This document shows, in pieces, positions 38,250-49,900 of a stretch of DNA of 64,000 nt (positions are counted from its first letter, which is position 1; each line of letters begins with the position of its first letter). Where the stretch lies: assembly GCA_034780895.1 (NCBI GenBank), contig JAUZTB010000001.1, forward strand, positions 116,699,062 to 116,763,061, given 5' to 3'. The stretch comes from Rhynchobatus australiae (lineage: Eukaryota). A program made the position numbers and the translations under genes. The notes below the pieces were generated by a model, which saw only the letters and a list, made by a program, of their open reading frames with translations, was not told the origin of the DNA and did not search any database.

Positions 38250-38948
38250 GATGTTCTGTCTGTGATAGGGTGTCAGAACATAGTTGCATCAAAGTAGATA
38301 TTGTCACTGCATCAGCAGAAACTGAACTGATACAAAGATAAAACGTTGGCTATGGAATAGCAAACAAAATGTTTTGGTGAATGAGTGTTTTAAGTATTGG
38401 AAGGAGTTGTACAATGGATCTCCCAAGGCTTAGTACCTTATTGTTATACACCAATCACTGGGCTAGAAGGAATGAATTCAAAATTTGAAGATGAGAAGAA
38501 ACTTGAATGTGCAATGAAATCTGAGGATGATGGACTTCAAGGGGGCATGGACTAGCATGTATATGTACAAGATACATTATGAGGTTATACCTTTTGTTGG
38601 GAAAAATGCAGAGAGATAATGTATGCCGGATGGCACCACATATTAACAGGCAGATTGGGGGTGGATCAGCACAAGTCTTTGAGGATGTTAGGACAGGCTA
38701 ACAAAGTGGTTTATAAAACATAGGAATTCTGAGGTTTATGAATGGAGGCATAAAGTACAAAAGCTGGGAAGTTTTGCTAAACATATAAATAAACTAGCTT
38801 CGCCCTTGCTGGAATGTTGTGTCCAAGTCTGGCAGCCCGGTCTAGGGACGCTTTGATGATTTCATAAAGGGTTTGGAAGAAAGTTATGAGGATTTGTCGG
38901 AAGAACAGGAATTATAATTATGCGAATTGTTTGCAGAACCCAATCTTG
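38250..38948 (+). mobile_element. Decayed CR1 ORF2
   Basis: aaatttgaagatgag (KFADD-like), ctggaatgttgtgtccaagtctgg (LE.CVQ.W). Confidence 0.65.
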
Positions 38949-39654
38949 NNNNNNNNNNNNNNNNNNNNNNNNNNNNNNNNNNNNNNNNNNNNNNNNNNNN
39001 NNNNNNNNNNNNNNNNNNNNNNNNNNNNNNNNNNNNNNNNNNNNNNNNNNNNNNNNNNNNNNNNNNNNNNNNNNNNNNNNNNNNNNNNNNNNNNNNNNNN
39101 NNNNNNNNNNNNNNNNNNNNNNNNNNNNNNNNNNNNNNNNNNNNNNNNNNNNNNNNNNNNNNNNNNNNNNNNNNNNNNNNNNNNNNNNNNNNNNNNNNNN
39201 NNNNNNNNNNNNNNNNNNNNNNNNNNNNNNNNNNNNNNNNNNNNNNNNNNNNNNNNNNNNNNNNNNNNNNNNNNNNNNNNNNNNNNNNNNNNNNNNNNNN
39301 NNNNNNNNNNNNNNNNNNNNNNNNNNNNNNNNNNNNNNNNNNNNNNNNNNNNNNNNNNNNNNNNNNNNNNNNNNNNNNNNNNNNNNNNNNNNNNNNNNNN
39401 NNNNNNTTTTATATCTAGTCCCATGACTAGTTAAGTATAATCAATGATCAAGTGGTATTAAAATAAAGTACCTTATTAGTCAACTATGGCTTCCTTCTAT
39501 GTTGGATGCATTTATCAGAAAATAATGAGACAATTTGATTCTATGTATATGGTGGAGGCAGTAAATATATATTCAGATAGTTCCTCTGTTTTCTGGTGAT
39601 AAGAGGCGTGCATAAGAGCATGAAAGGTATTCAGTGCTCTCATAAAATATAAAA

Positions 39655-39860
39655 AAACTTGCATTCAATAATTAATGTAGCCAAATGTTCCACAGAGCCT
39701 AACAGAGACATGAATTGATAAGAAAAAGCAGCCAAAGAACAAGATAATGTAACGGTTAAATAAAGGCTTAGATGTGAGTTTTAAGGAATTTCCTATAGGA
39801 GGAGAGTGTTTAGGTCAAGAATTCAAGGGCATTGGGTGTAGATAGTGGTTGCTGAGCAAA
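39655..39860 (-). mobile_element. Decayed L2-type 3' fragment
   Basis: aacttgcattcaata...ttttaaggaatttcctataggaggagagtgtttagg; similar to 10490 and 58268. Confidence 0.45.
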
Positions 39861-40284
39861 TCAGCAGCAGATAAGCTTTGAGGGTGAGAGGAACAGCAAG
39901 ATGGGGTGGAAATGGACATCTTACAAGATGAAGAGGATACATGATTGATAGCTCAGAGGAATCAGATATTGGGGTGAGGTGAGCTGGCTGAGGCTGGTAG
40001 TTCTGAAGTCCTGCCAGATTTCAGGTTAATATATTACAGAACCTCCCAGATTCACTGGCAGAGACTGAATATACTGGGATACCAGAGCAATATGCCAGGA
40101 ATTCTACCTCTGCAATCCTATGCCAGGCCAGACCCGAAATCTCCAATTCCTAACATGCAGATGAAGGAGTCTTTTTAATTTTTTTACCTGATTTTCCTTA
40201 TCTTAATATTTTAAATTATTTATTAGTGTTTGATGTGTTTTAGATATATTTTTAATGATTTAAAGCAATTTCAAAAGCTTTTAA

Positions 40285-40520
40285 AAAACAAAAAAATGCA
40301 GATGCTGGAAATCTGAAATATAAACAAAAATTGTTAAGAGCAGTGCAGCAGGTCAGGCAGGCTTTGTTGAGAGAGAAACAGAGTTACGTTTCATGACAAG
40401 GATCTTTCGTCAAAACCTTTCTAATGAAAGGTCATTGACCTGAAACACTCACTTCATTTCTCTCTCCGCGGATGCTGCCTGATCTAGAAATGTCTCCAGC
40501 ACTTATTGTTTACATTTCAA
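40285..40520. mobile_element. Inverted PLE-derived palindrome with two opposed hammerhead-like cores
   Basis: caggtcaggcagg..gagagagaaacagagttacgtttca versus tgaaacactcacttcatttctctctccgcggatgctgcctga; + strand core ttctaatgaaaggtcattgacctgaaac. Confidence 0.75.
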
Positions 40521-41396
40521 CAGTTTTTTTTGTATATTAGATGCACTTAAAAATTCTGACAGCCTCACAGACTTTGATAGTAGATGAAGCTCTGTCCCCA
40601 GCCTTGCTAAATGTTAGGCTATTCTGAGGACAGTGCCTCAATGATATATTGGATGATTTGCCTGAGATTTTGCTGCCCATCTCTCGAATTGGAAGGCCCA
40701 GGTGATTGGATCATACAACTTTGTAGAGAGATTGTGGAATTTGGGAGTGATGGGACAAGTATGGACAGTGGGTGAATTGCATAAGATTCAATCCATTATC
40801 CTGAAGTTGCTATCCTGCAGTGACTGGGTGTGGAATGCAATCATTGTCAGCATATTGCACTTGTGGAGGTGAACTGAAATGGTTTTGATCTTCCAGTTTT
40901 TACTGAGTTGAAGATGGAAGCGGATGGGTGAAAGAGAGCTTTCCTAAACCATACAAGGTATTGACAGCTAAGATTTTAAGCTGATATGCCCGCTCAATAT
41001 CCTTTGCCTATTATTCAGTACATGAGCAAAGTAAGATTAATATTTTACCATTTACTTAAAGTAAAATAAAGTCTTCAAGAAATTCTCCAAAAATTTACAG
41101 CCATTTATGAACTTAGGCAATGCCATCAGAGCTTCTGTGCCCATCTTTTCTGGCCTTGAGTTAACATCTTATCGAAGATGGTACCTCTGGTAGCGCAGTA
41201 GTCTCCTGGTGCTCAGTTGTGTACTCACAGGAAATTACATTGAGTCAAGAGAAAGATGCTACTGGCCAAGCAATAGCTGAGATTCAAATACTTATGACAT
41301 TGTGTGTGTACTGTTTATACTAATTGTTCTCCTTTCAAGAAGGATCCATCCCTAGACCAAAAAAGTTTCAATCATCATTATTTCTGCATGCATATG

Positions 41397-41820
41397 TTCA
41401 AAGTCAAAGTCGAGTTTATTGTTATATGCCCAAGTACATATATGCACAGATGCAATGAAAAACTTACTTGCAGCAGNNNNNNNNNNNNNNNNNNNNNNNN
41501 NNNNNNNNNNNNNNNNNNNNNNNNNNNNNNNNNNNNNNNNNNNNNNNNNNNNNNNNNNNNNNNNNNNNNNNNNNNNTGCACAGATGCAATGAAAAACTTA
41601 CTTGCAGCAGCATGACAGGCACATGGCATTGTATAAGCAGCATTCACAAGAAAAACATGTTAAACATAAATTATACACAAATTTTACAAGAAAGAACATA
41701 ATTAGAACAAAAAATGTATATTTTAGTGCAGAGTGATTAAAGTGGTCATAGTGTTGCTGAAATGTAGTAATTAGGTTTTTGCCAGTAGGTTCAAGAACCG
41801 AATGGTTGAAGGGAAGTAAG
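41397..41820 (-). mobile_element. Rex1/Babar-type 3' end
   Basis: ttcaaagtcaaagtcgagtttattg tail; gttcaagaaccgaatggttgaagggaag is antisense FPSTIRFLN. Confidence 0.75.
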
Positions 41821-42699
41821 ATGACATGGCCTGAATGGTGTCCTGTTCTCCTAAGGCTTTTAAAGCTGACAATGATCTTGAATTGATTTGGCATTGAACC
41901 ATATATCCAGGAACTCACAATATTTCGTGTAAGGTGTGTGTTCTGTGATTGAAAGTCAGGGAGAGTTTTAATAAATTTCTGCAGATTAATTAGTAGATAA
42001 TTCTGCAGTATTTCCTTAATACAATAAATTTCATGATTTGTGCTAGATGTCATTTGGTATGTTTGCAATGTTTTGAAGTAATGACTAAAGTTATGAACTG
42101 CAGTTGTAGTTTGTTAAGGAGACAATTGAAATAAGAATGATGCAAATATTGAAAATATATGATTAAAATAAATGTTGGATTCACTAAGGATCTGGAAATA
42201 TGTTAATAGAGAGGTAAGAAGGATTAATATAACAGACTGATTACCTTTTGTCAGAACCCAACATTTTTATAGATTAATAGTTAGGATGTGTGTATAGATA
42301 AGACAAGAGGAGGGCCCTGCACTTAAAAGGTAAAGCAGCTTAGATTTGAGGCCCAGGGGTCAGGGAGGTTTATTGGTGGTTGTACATTGTCATATAACAG
42401 TAGAAGGAGCAATGTATGAATTATATGCTAGTTTTCAATGTCAAAATGTACTCAGTGAAAGTCACATTAGACTCAAAGATAACATCAAAGGATCTAGATG
42501 CTGGTTAAGTATTATATTAAATTGTTATCTTTATACTTCTACAAGCCTGCTAAGCAAACTTTATTTTAACACTTTTATTTACAAAATTGCAGCTTTATTT
42601 TTTCCCCCCGGTGTCAGCCAACAAATTTGAGCACATTGATATCACAATCATGATCTCCGGGTCACTAGACCAATGCCATAAAGAATCACATACTATTCC

Positions 42700-42830
42700 C
42701 AATGGTAACTCAAGTAGCAGCAGTCTCACCTCTAAGTCACAGGAATATGTGTTGAGCTGTCCCTCCAGAGGCTAGATCACACAATTTAGGTTTATAGTCC
42801 AGTACTGTACTGTACTTACTTTTGCCAAAA
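42700..42830 (+). mobile_element. Deu-SINE head fragment
   Basis: ctcaagtagcagcagtctcacctctaagtcacagg...ctccagaggctagatcacacaatttagg...tccagtactg. Confidence 0.5.
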
Positions 42831-43439
42831 ACTCAACAAAATGTTTTATTACATTGTTGTGTCTTGCAATCCATTCCACGGCATCTAAAATCTCAGGTTA
42901 ATACCTCCTGTTTAAGCATACAGTGAACAGTGGTCTGTTAAGCATTGAACAGAATGTACATTCATTGTAAGATTATTCTTTTTGTTTTTTTAATTTGTGT
43001 GCAAATGTTATAAATGCAAGTTGAAGCCAAGTAATTCCAGAAATGCTTCAATCAATGCTTCTTGTTCTTTTGAAAAAGTCATTTACCAAACCAGTTTTTA
43101 ACACTACTTATCATTGGAATTCTTTTCGCCCAGGAAATATGCATCCCCAGGATTCCAAAAGGGTTGAGGTGGTACCTGCCATCTCACTTGGGCTGAAAGA
43201 CTTACTTTATTGGAGGTGCCTTCAAGACTTGAAAAAAAGCTTGGTACTACAGTAGTATCTTGGCCCATATTTACCCCTCATTCTAGGTCAATAAAAACAG
43301 AATGTAAAACCTTGCTAAGTGCAAATCGGCAGTATATATCAAAGGTTATTCACCGAAGATAACACGTTCATTTCATAGAGAAAGAGTATTGCGCAATGAT
43401 TGACAGAAGGTTTGAAACAGAAAACCCAATGATTTATGG

Positions 43440-43521
43440 AAAAAAGTGCCAGAGGAACTCAGCGGCATCTGTGGAGGCAAAGAGATAGTCCACGTTTCGG
43501 ATCGAGACCCTGCATCAGGAC
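43440..43521 (-). mobile_element. PLE-derived fragment with the best-preserved hammerhead-like core
   Basis: Minus strand gtc-CTGATGC-A-gggtc-tc-gatcc-GAAA-cgt-g-gac, then ccacagatgccgctgagttcctctggca. Confidence 0.75.
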
Positions 43522-43759
43522 ATGCTTCTTACAGAAGACATAGGATTAAGCCTAATGAAAAATACATTTCAATGAATATGCAGCCCGAGATTTTACGCAT
43601 TCATTTGAGACGGGGATATATACAGTTTTGATAAAATATATGGTCAATAATTACACAGATTGCGCTAAAAGCGGCATTAACATTTTTCAATCCAGATTTT
43701 ACGTCTTCCTGGACACTTGCTTCACTGAAATGGAAAGCAATTTTTTTCAGTTTAAATTA

Positions 43760-44630
43760 CATTCAGAGCTACAACGGAGACTGCGCTCAGCATATCCTAA
43801 GGCTAAGCTAGCGTGTGGAGAACAGAATAAAGTAATGTCGGTGTGCACAAGTTAGCATGCATCGAGTGTTGTTTTGACTTGTCTGTTCATTCACTCCCAC
43901 CGTGCCTGATGCTGCTAAACACGCAGCGTGCATCTGCCGAGACACATTCCCGACCCTTGCGCTCTCTCTCCAGGTTCCACCCTGTTGCCAATGGAGGGGC
44001 GGGAGAAGGGGGGGGGGGTTTGCTGTCAATCAGGTGACGTCTGTGTGTTTCCGGTGGGTTGCTTTGTGGAGAGTGTCCGTTCGGTGAGAGTCGGTCGGCG
44101 CCGGAGTGAGGAGCCCTGAATCGGCCTTCATTTCCCCATATACGGTAAAGGAGAAACCCAGTGTGTGACGGCCGGTATCGGGGTTCCGGGCGGGGAGAAG
44201 GACGGGGATCGAGGCACGTAACGAGGCGGACCGCGGGATGAGCGCCGCCGGCTTCACACTGACGACAGGACGCCGAGGCGCTTCGGGAGAGCGGAAAAAA
44301 AAGGAAATGAACAACGCACTTGAGCAGCCGAGCTGGCTTTGCAGGGCAGGGCTTCAGTTTAACTAAGGCTTAAGTTAATTTCTGCAGAGGAAAGGAGAGA
44401 TTGTTTCTGTGGTGGGGAAAGCGACGGGAGAAAATATTATGACCAGCTGGGCCTGAGTGCGGCTGCTTTTTTTTTTGCCTTTTAACTTCAACCGTGAAAA
44501 TGTCGGTTCCTGCCTTTTTAATGTGAAATAAATCACTGCTTTGATCTCTTTTGGGCGAGTGAGGCGCTCAACAGTCGTCCTTTTAGGAGGATCGTTTTGG
44601 GGTTAGACAAAAAAAACTTGAAACGCTAAA
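43760..44630 (+). promoter_or_regulatory. CDC42BPB: CpG-island-like promoter and 5' leader of CDC42BPB
   Basis: Abrupt CpG enrichment; CCAAT (~43987), GC box ggggcggg (~43995), tcaatca, CRE-like TGACGTC (~44035), ETS-like ttccgg (~44049). The transcription start is not determinable from sequence. Confidence 0.8.
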
Positions 44631-44805
44631 ATGTCAGCGAAGGTTCGCCTGAAGAAGTTGGAGCAATTGCTCCTGAACGGACCTCAGAAGAATGCAAGTT
44701 CAATGAGTGTGGAGACTTTGTTGGATATTTTAATATGTTTGTACAACGAATGTAGCAGCTCGCCCATACGACGGGACAAATACATTGCAGAATTCCTGGA
44801 ATGGG
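44631..44805 (+). CDS. CDC42BPB: Serine/threonine kinase MRCK-beta, first coding exon (58 codons + 1 nt)
   Basis: [58 protein letters not shown] matches human MRCK-beta [18 protein letters not shown]...SVETLLDVLVCLYTEC...RRDKYVAEFLEW; aaaATG context; phase-1 donor G|gtaagc at 44806. Confidence 0.96.
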
Positions 44806-45734
44806 GTAAGCAAAACCTTAGATGATCTATCGTAAAATAATAAGCATTACTTGACCTGTGCCCATATGCGTGAAGCAACTGTTTACTTTTAAGAGACAGA
44901 TTTTTCTGAATCTCATTGATTTTCCTTGGCGAGGTAAACATCGGAAAATGAACCTTTTCTGTCATTTGGAATTTATTAAAGCCAGCAATTAATAATTCGT
45001 ATTATGTCTCGAAAAATTACTGAACGTCTAAATGAGGTTCTGTTAAAAATTCCAAACGGATAAAAATATGGAATTTAACACAAAATTTACCCGTGTGCTT
45101 GATTCCTTTTCAAAAGATGATTTCTTATGAACATGAATGCCAACTGCTTGATCCATTGCTCTCATTACAGTCTATTGACTTTTTATTTACAAGTACCCAT
45201 GTACTTCACAATTTGAGATCAGTAGGTGGGGATGTGATGCTTAAAAGGTGTGGTGTGTTCTTCCACAAGTTTAACCACATTTTAATTCTTAATGTAATCC
45301 TTCTGGAGATTAGTTTGCAACTGTATGTTGGAGACTGATATAACATTAGTTATATGAGAGTAGTAATAGTTTTAATATTCAGTTTAGTAGCCAGCATTCT
45401 GTTATGTTCCAAATTAAGAGGATTCACTTCCTGTGCTCTTTCATTGACGTCAGTAATAAGATTAACAACTGAATGGTGATCCATTGTATCACATCTGGCA
45501 CAAAGAGCTAAACTATTGGATATCTCCTGGCTGTGTCATATGTTTGCTTTGTTCCAAAGGTGAACGGCAGTTCCAGTTCTAGGTTGCTTGAAAGGGACAT
45601 GGTTATTTTATGAAAAGTAGCAGCTTTACAATATGCACAATTCCATTTATAGAAACATCTTCGGTATTATTTGAGATTCACATCATTGGGTGTCACTAGC
45701 AATGTCTAATGTAGTTTGAGAAATTGTTAGCTTT

Positions 45735-46070
45735 TCAAACTTGTACAAAGGATGTGGGTATAGCTGGCAATATCTGCATTTATTGATCATCACTAATTGC
45801 ACTTGAGAAGGTAGTGATTAGATGACTTTTTCAGTCATCTGTGTGGTGAAGGTATTCTCACAGTGCTGCTAGTTAGTTCCAAGATTTTGACCCAATGACC
45901 TCAAAGGAATGGCACTTATGTTTCCAAGTCAGAATGGTGATGTTCATGTATGCCTTCCAGGTGGTAAAGTATGAAGGCGTGATGAATGCTATAATAGAAC
46001 CATTGTCATGTTGTCGTAGTACTTTTTCTAGATGCTTTGCATGGCAGCCATGATGTGGTGGATAGAATGA
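45735..46070 (-). mobile_element. CR1/L2-group LINE 3' fragment
   Basis: gcatttattgatcatcactaattgcacttgagaagg...ttccaagattttgaccca. Confidence 0.65.
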
Positions 46071-47329
46071 ATATTTAACACTCACTGCTTGTTCTATATT
46101 GTAAGCTGGAGTTTTCTACATGCACATACAGAATCTGAAAATTTTAAATTTGGACTGATTTGTAAAATGCACATGGAATATAAGTACAATACCTTTCATT
46201 TGGCGCATATGTGTAAATCAGACAGATGTCGAGAATGAATTTTTAATCATATTTTAGGAAAATAAGCATTATCTCACAAAAGATTTAACATCAACTTCCA
46301 ACTTGCTTTTTAAATGCATTGTATTAAATTATTTTAACTCAGTATAATCAGATTTTGAAGTAAACAATCAAACACTTATCGTTCCCACATCAGTACTTTT
46401 CTCCTGTCTTTTGATTGCCTTAATCAATGATGCAGATTACCTACATTTTCTAAACTGCTTATGAGACTTGCCTTTGCAGTAAAATTTAATCTCGGTGTAA
46501 CTTAAGATGTTAAAGGATTTATTTTAATATACTGTTTACAACTTACATCCCGTAAACTTTATTACATTCCTATGTAATACTAGACTTTATTTTTTTAACA
46601 GCTGTCAATGCTATATGGGTCATCTCAAACATTGGAATATTCAGGCATGTAAACCCATGAAAATATGTGTCATTCATGATTATTAGGCAGAAAATCCTTC
46701 ACCAACAGCACAACAATAGCCATCTGGACAAACTTATTAAAATACGTCAGCATGTATGAAGTTTTACAGATGTAGAAGGAATCTTTACTTTTGAGCTTTC
46801 TAAAATATCTGTGTTTGTACAGCTCCTAATGTTTTATAATTTTAAAACAGTCCTGGCCTTGGGTCTGTGCTTTTTTTTTGGATCTTTCCAAGTTTCTTTG
46901 TCTAATTTTATCATAAAGCAAGATAGTCAGTTGTATTAGAGTGATTGGATTTCTTTTATGGAGAGATTTGTAACAGCATATTCTGATTTATGTAGAATGA
47001 ATATATGACTTTGAGTTTTAGTTTCAGCATTTTGGGTAATGGAAGTTCACCCTTACAGAATTCACAAATCACGAGCAAAATATTTGCAATATGGAATAAA
47101 AATTTGCTCTTATGGAATTTATGTGAGGGGAAAAAAAACAAATAAGCCCATTGCAAAACAAACAACAAATTTTATCAAGGGTTCATGTTATGGAAAATTG
47201 CAGTATGGACCACTTTCTAGGAATGCATCCCCTTTGTAACACAGGTGTGTACTGTACCATGCCTCAATATACTTGGGTTTATTCATCTATTTGTCTTTAA
47301 CTAATCAGTAACATCTTCAAAAAATATTG

Positions 47330-48420
47330 TTAGTTAAATAGATTAAGTAAAGTGACTGCAGCAGTCATATATGGATTTCCAAAATAACTTTGAAAAGTTA
47401 TCTTCCAGGGGTAGTAAAGGGAGAACAAATAGATAACAAATTTACTACATAAAAAGATGTTGCATTAAATGAGAGCTCACAGAATTGTGGGTGGGGTGGG
47501 GAGAGAAAACATATTTACATTTTTCATTTCTGTCCTTTAACTAATCCTCTATCCATGAAAATAAATTTGCCATTGAGTTTAGGGTGTGACCAGTAGGATT
47601 CCACAGAGATTAGTATTGAATCTTCAGCAATTCACAGGTTATATTAATGCCTTTGATTAAAAATACAGGTGTGATGGATTGAGGTTGATCAGTGATACAA
47701 ACCTAAATGAGAAAGTTGAGATATGAGGAAGGCACAGAGGCCTGCAAAGATTAAGTGAATGAACAAATGAGGCAGTTGGAGTGTATTGTGGGGAAAATAT
47801 AGTTATGCCTTCTGACTGGAAAAATAGAAATACAGAAAATATGAGAAGCCTGTCTGTTTTCGCGTGCAGGTTCATAAATCGCAAAATGTATCGATGCAGA
47901 TAGGGCAAACAGTTTGGGGGGGGGGGAATGGACGAAGAAGCAAATGGGTTGTTAGCCTTTATTGCAAGGGGATGGAATGCAAAAGTAAGGAAATTTGCTG
48001 GAATGGTTCAGGGCTTTGGAAAGATTACACCTGGCGTATCATGTACAATTTTGGTGTTCATTCCAGAGAGAGGATATAATTGCCTTGGGGGTGGTGTTGC
48101 ATAAATTTACAAGAATGTTTCCTGGAATGAAGAGGTCATTGTGTGAGGTGAGAGTGTATTGCATTGGCCTATAATCACTGCATTTCAGAAAAATAGGATG
48201 TGCATGGTGGCATACAATATTTCTGAGGGGCTGTGAAAGGTTGCATGGTGCGTCTGTTTTCTCTGGCTGGAGAATCTAGAAAATGGGGACATTGTTTCAA
48301 GGCTGATATTGATTTTTTGGATGCCAAGGAAATTGTGGGAATGGGCAGGAAGATTGAAGAAGTTCAGAATTGTCCATGATTTTATTAAGAGACAACAGAT
48401 GTAAGTGACCACATGGCCTA
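47330..48420 (+). mobile_element. Decayed CR1 ORF2 and 3' end
   Basis: atggatttccaaaataactttga (MDFQ..F), ccacagagattagtattg (PQGSVL-like), tttattgcaaggggg. Confidence 0.7.
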
Positions 48421-49182
48421 TCCTTCTATTGGTTGTGTCCTTAGGCTTGATACAAATTGTTTGGAAAGAAAGCAACTTGGTTGTTGGGGTTTTCTTAGTC
48501 TTCTTTGACAGAAGTGTGAGAGTGGGGTTTCTGCTCTGCCTTGGTGTGGTTGGAGATAGGTTGCTAAGATCTGCACTTTATAGTAATCCTACTTTGTTTG
48601 GATTGGATAAGAGTTAGAAGTGGTAAACCAAAGTGGATTGATTCTGTTTCCTTGTATATTTGATGCTCTGCATTTGGTCTACAATGTTAAAATTCATTTT
48701 TGACAGAGAAGTAGGATTTGGGAAACAGTGAAGTTTTTGATATTATTGTTGCTGGTGCTAGCAGTGCTCCTTCTGAGGTTCAACAAAATCCATGTTTAAT
48801 GGAAAATTGGACCTATATATTTGAACATCAAAGGCTGTGGGAAGCAGGCAGGACACATAGGTAAGTTTTGATTATTTTTAACAAAGAATCAACACGAGTA
48901 AGATTGCTTGAATGGCTTTAGAATCCTAAAGTTGGACAGCACAGAAATGCACCCCCTGCACCCCTGTCCCACCAGTCTGTGCTGACCTTTTTATCCCATT
49001 ACACAAATCAAAATTGCCTGCATTAGGACTGTGTCCCCATGCGTGGCCTGTTTAAGTGACTGTGTTTAAATGCTTCTTAAACNNNNNNNNNNNNNNNNNN
49101 NNNNNNNNNNNNNNNNNNNNNNNNNNNNNNNNNNNNNNNNNNNNNNNNNNNNNNNNNNNNNNNNNNNNNNNNNNNNNNNNNN

Positions 49183-49900
49183 AGAAACAGGACTCAGACT
49201 GATAACAAAAGTATTACAAAGATCTGTGTCAGCTTTCCATTTTACTTGGTCAGCAGTTTACATTACTTTCCAGTTAATAAAAAGAGGAACATATTCCCTC
49301 TTAGTTCCTTCTAAAAAAATTCTACAAAATCTTTTTATCAAGAAATTTCAACCATGGAGCAAAAATCAAGAAAATGACCTTTAAATCCTATAATTATAAT
49401 TTTATGATTCTTGAAATGCAAAGCAGTATCATTATTCAAAGGTCAAATCATACACAGTACAGTAACAAAAGTCACATTTCAACTCAATATACCAACTTAG
49501 CTGAAAATACTTCAATAACAATGGATTGAAAATGGAATACATAAGAACTATTTATTTTTACTTGACAAAATAAATTGCCAGGATGGGTTCCATGGTTGTC
49601 TGCAGTCCACCCTGGAGGGTTATGCCACAAAGTAGTGAGGCCTGGGTTTGCTGCACTGCAGAAAAGTTTCAGGAAATCAACAACTGAGAGAGATTCCAAA
49701 GCATTTCCTAGAAGTCAAGGCAATGTCATATTTACAGAAGGCTGACAATAGGTGCCTGCTTGGCTAGGAGAAGGGCAAAGTACTCAAATGCAAGTGAAAA
49801 CAACAAAACATAAAAACCTTCGGAAAACACTGATTTATTCAGCATAATGTCCTTAAGATTTACCTAAGTTGTTCTGTGCATCAATACTTCATTTTTTTTC
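49183..49900. other. Gap-adjacent anomalous segment ending in mammalian-L1-like sequence
   Basis: A-rich, unlike the flanking intron; ~49834-49899 resembles the antisense L1M 3' region as I recall it. Confidence 0.45.

Noticed and set aside
44030-44314. 94-aa minus-strand ORF and other ORFs in the promoter
   Set aside because: Expected by-product of GC-rich, stop-poor CpG-island sequence.
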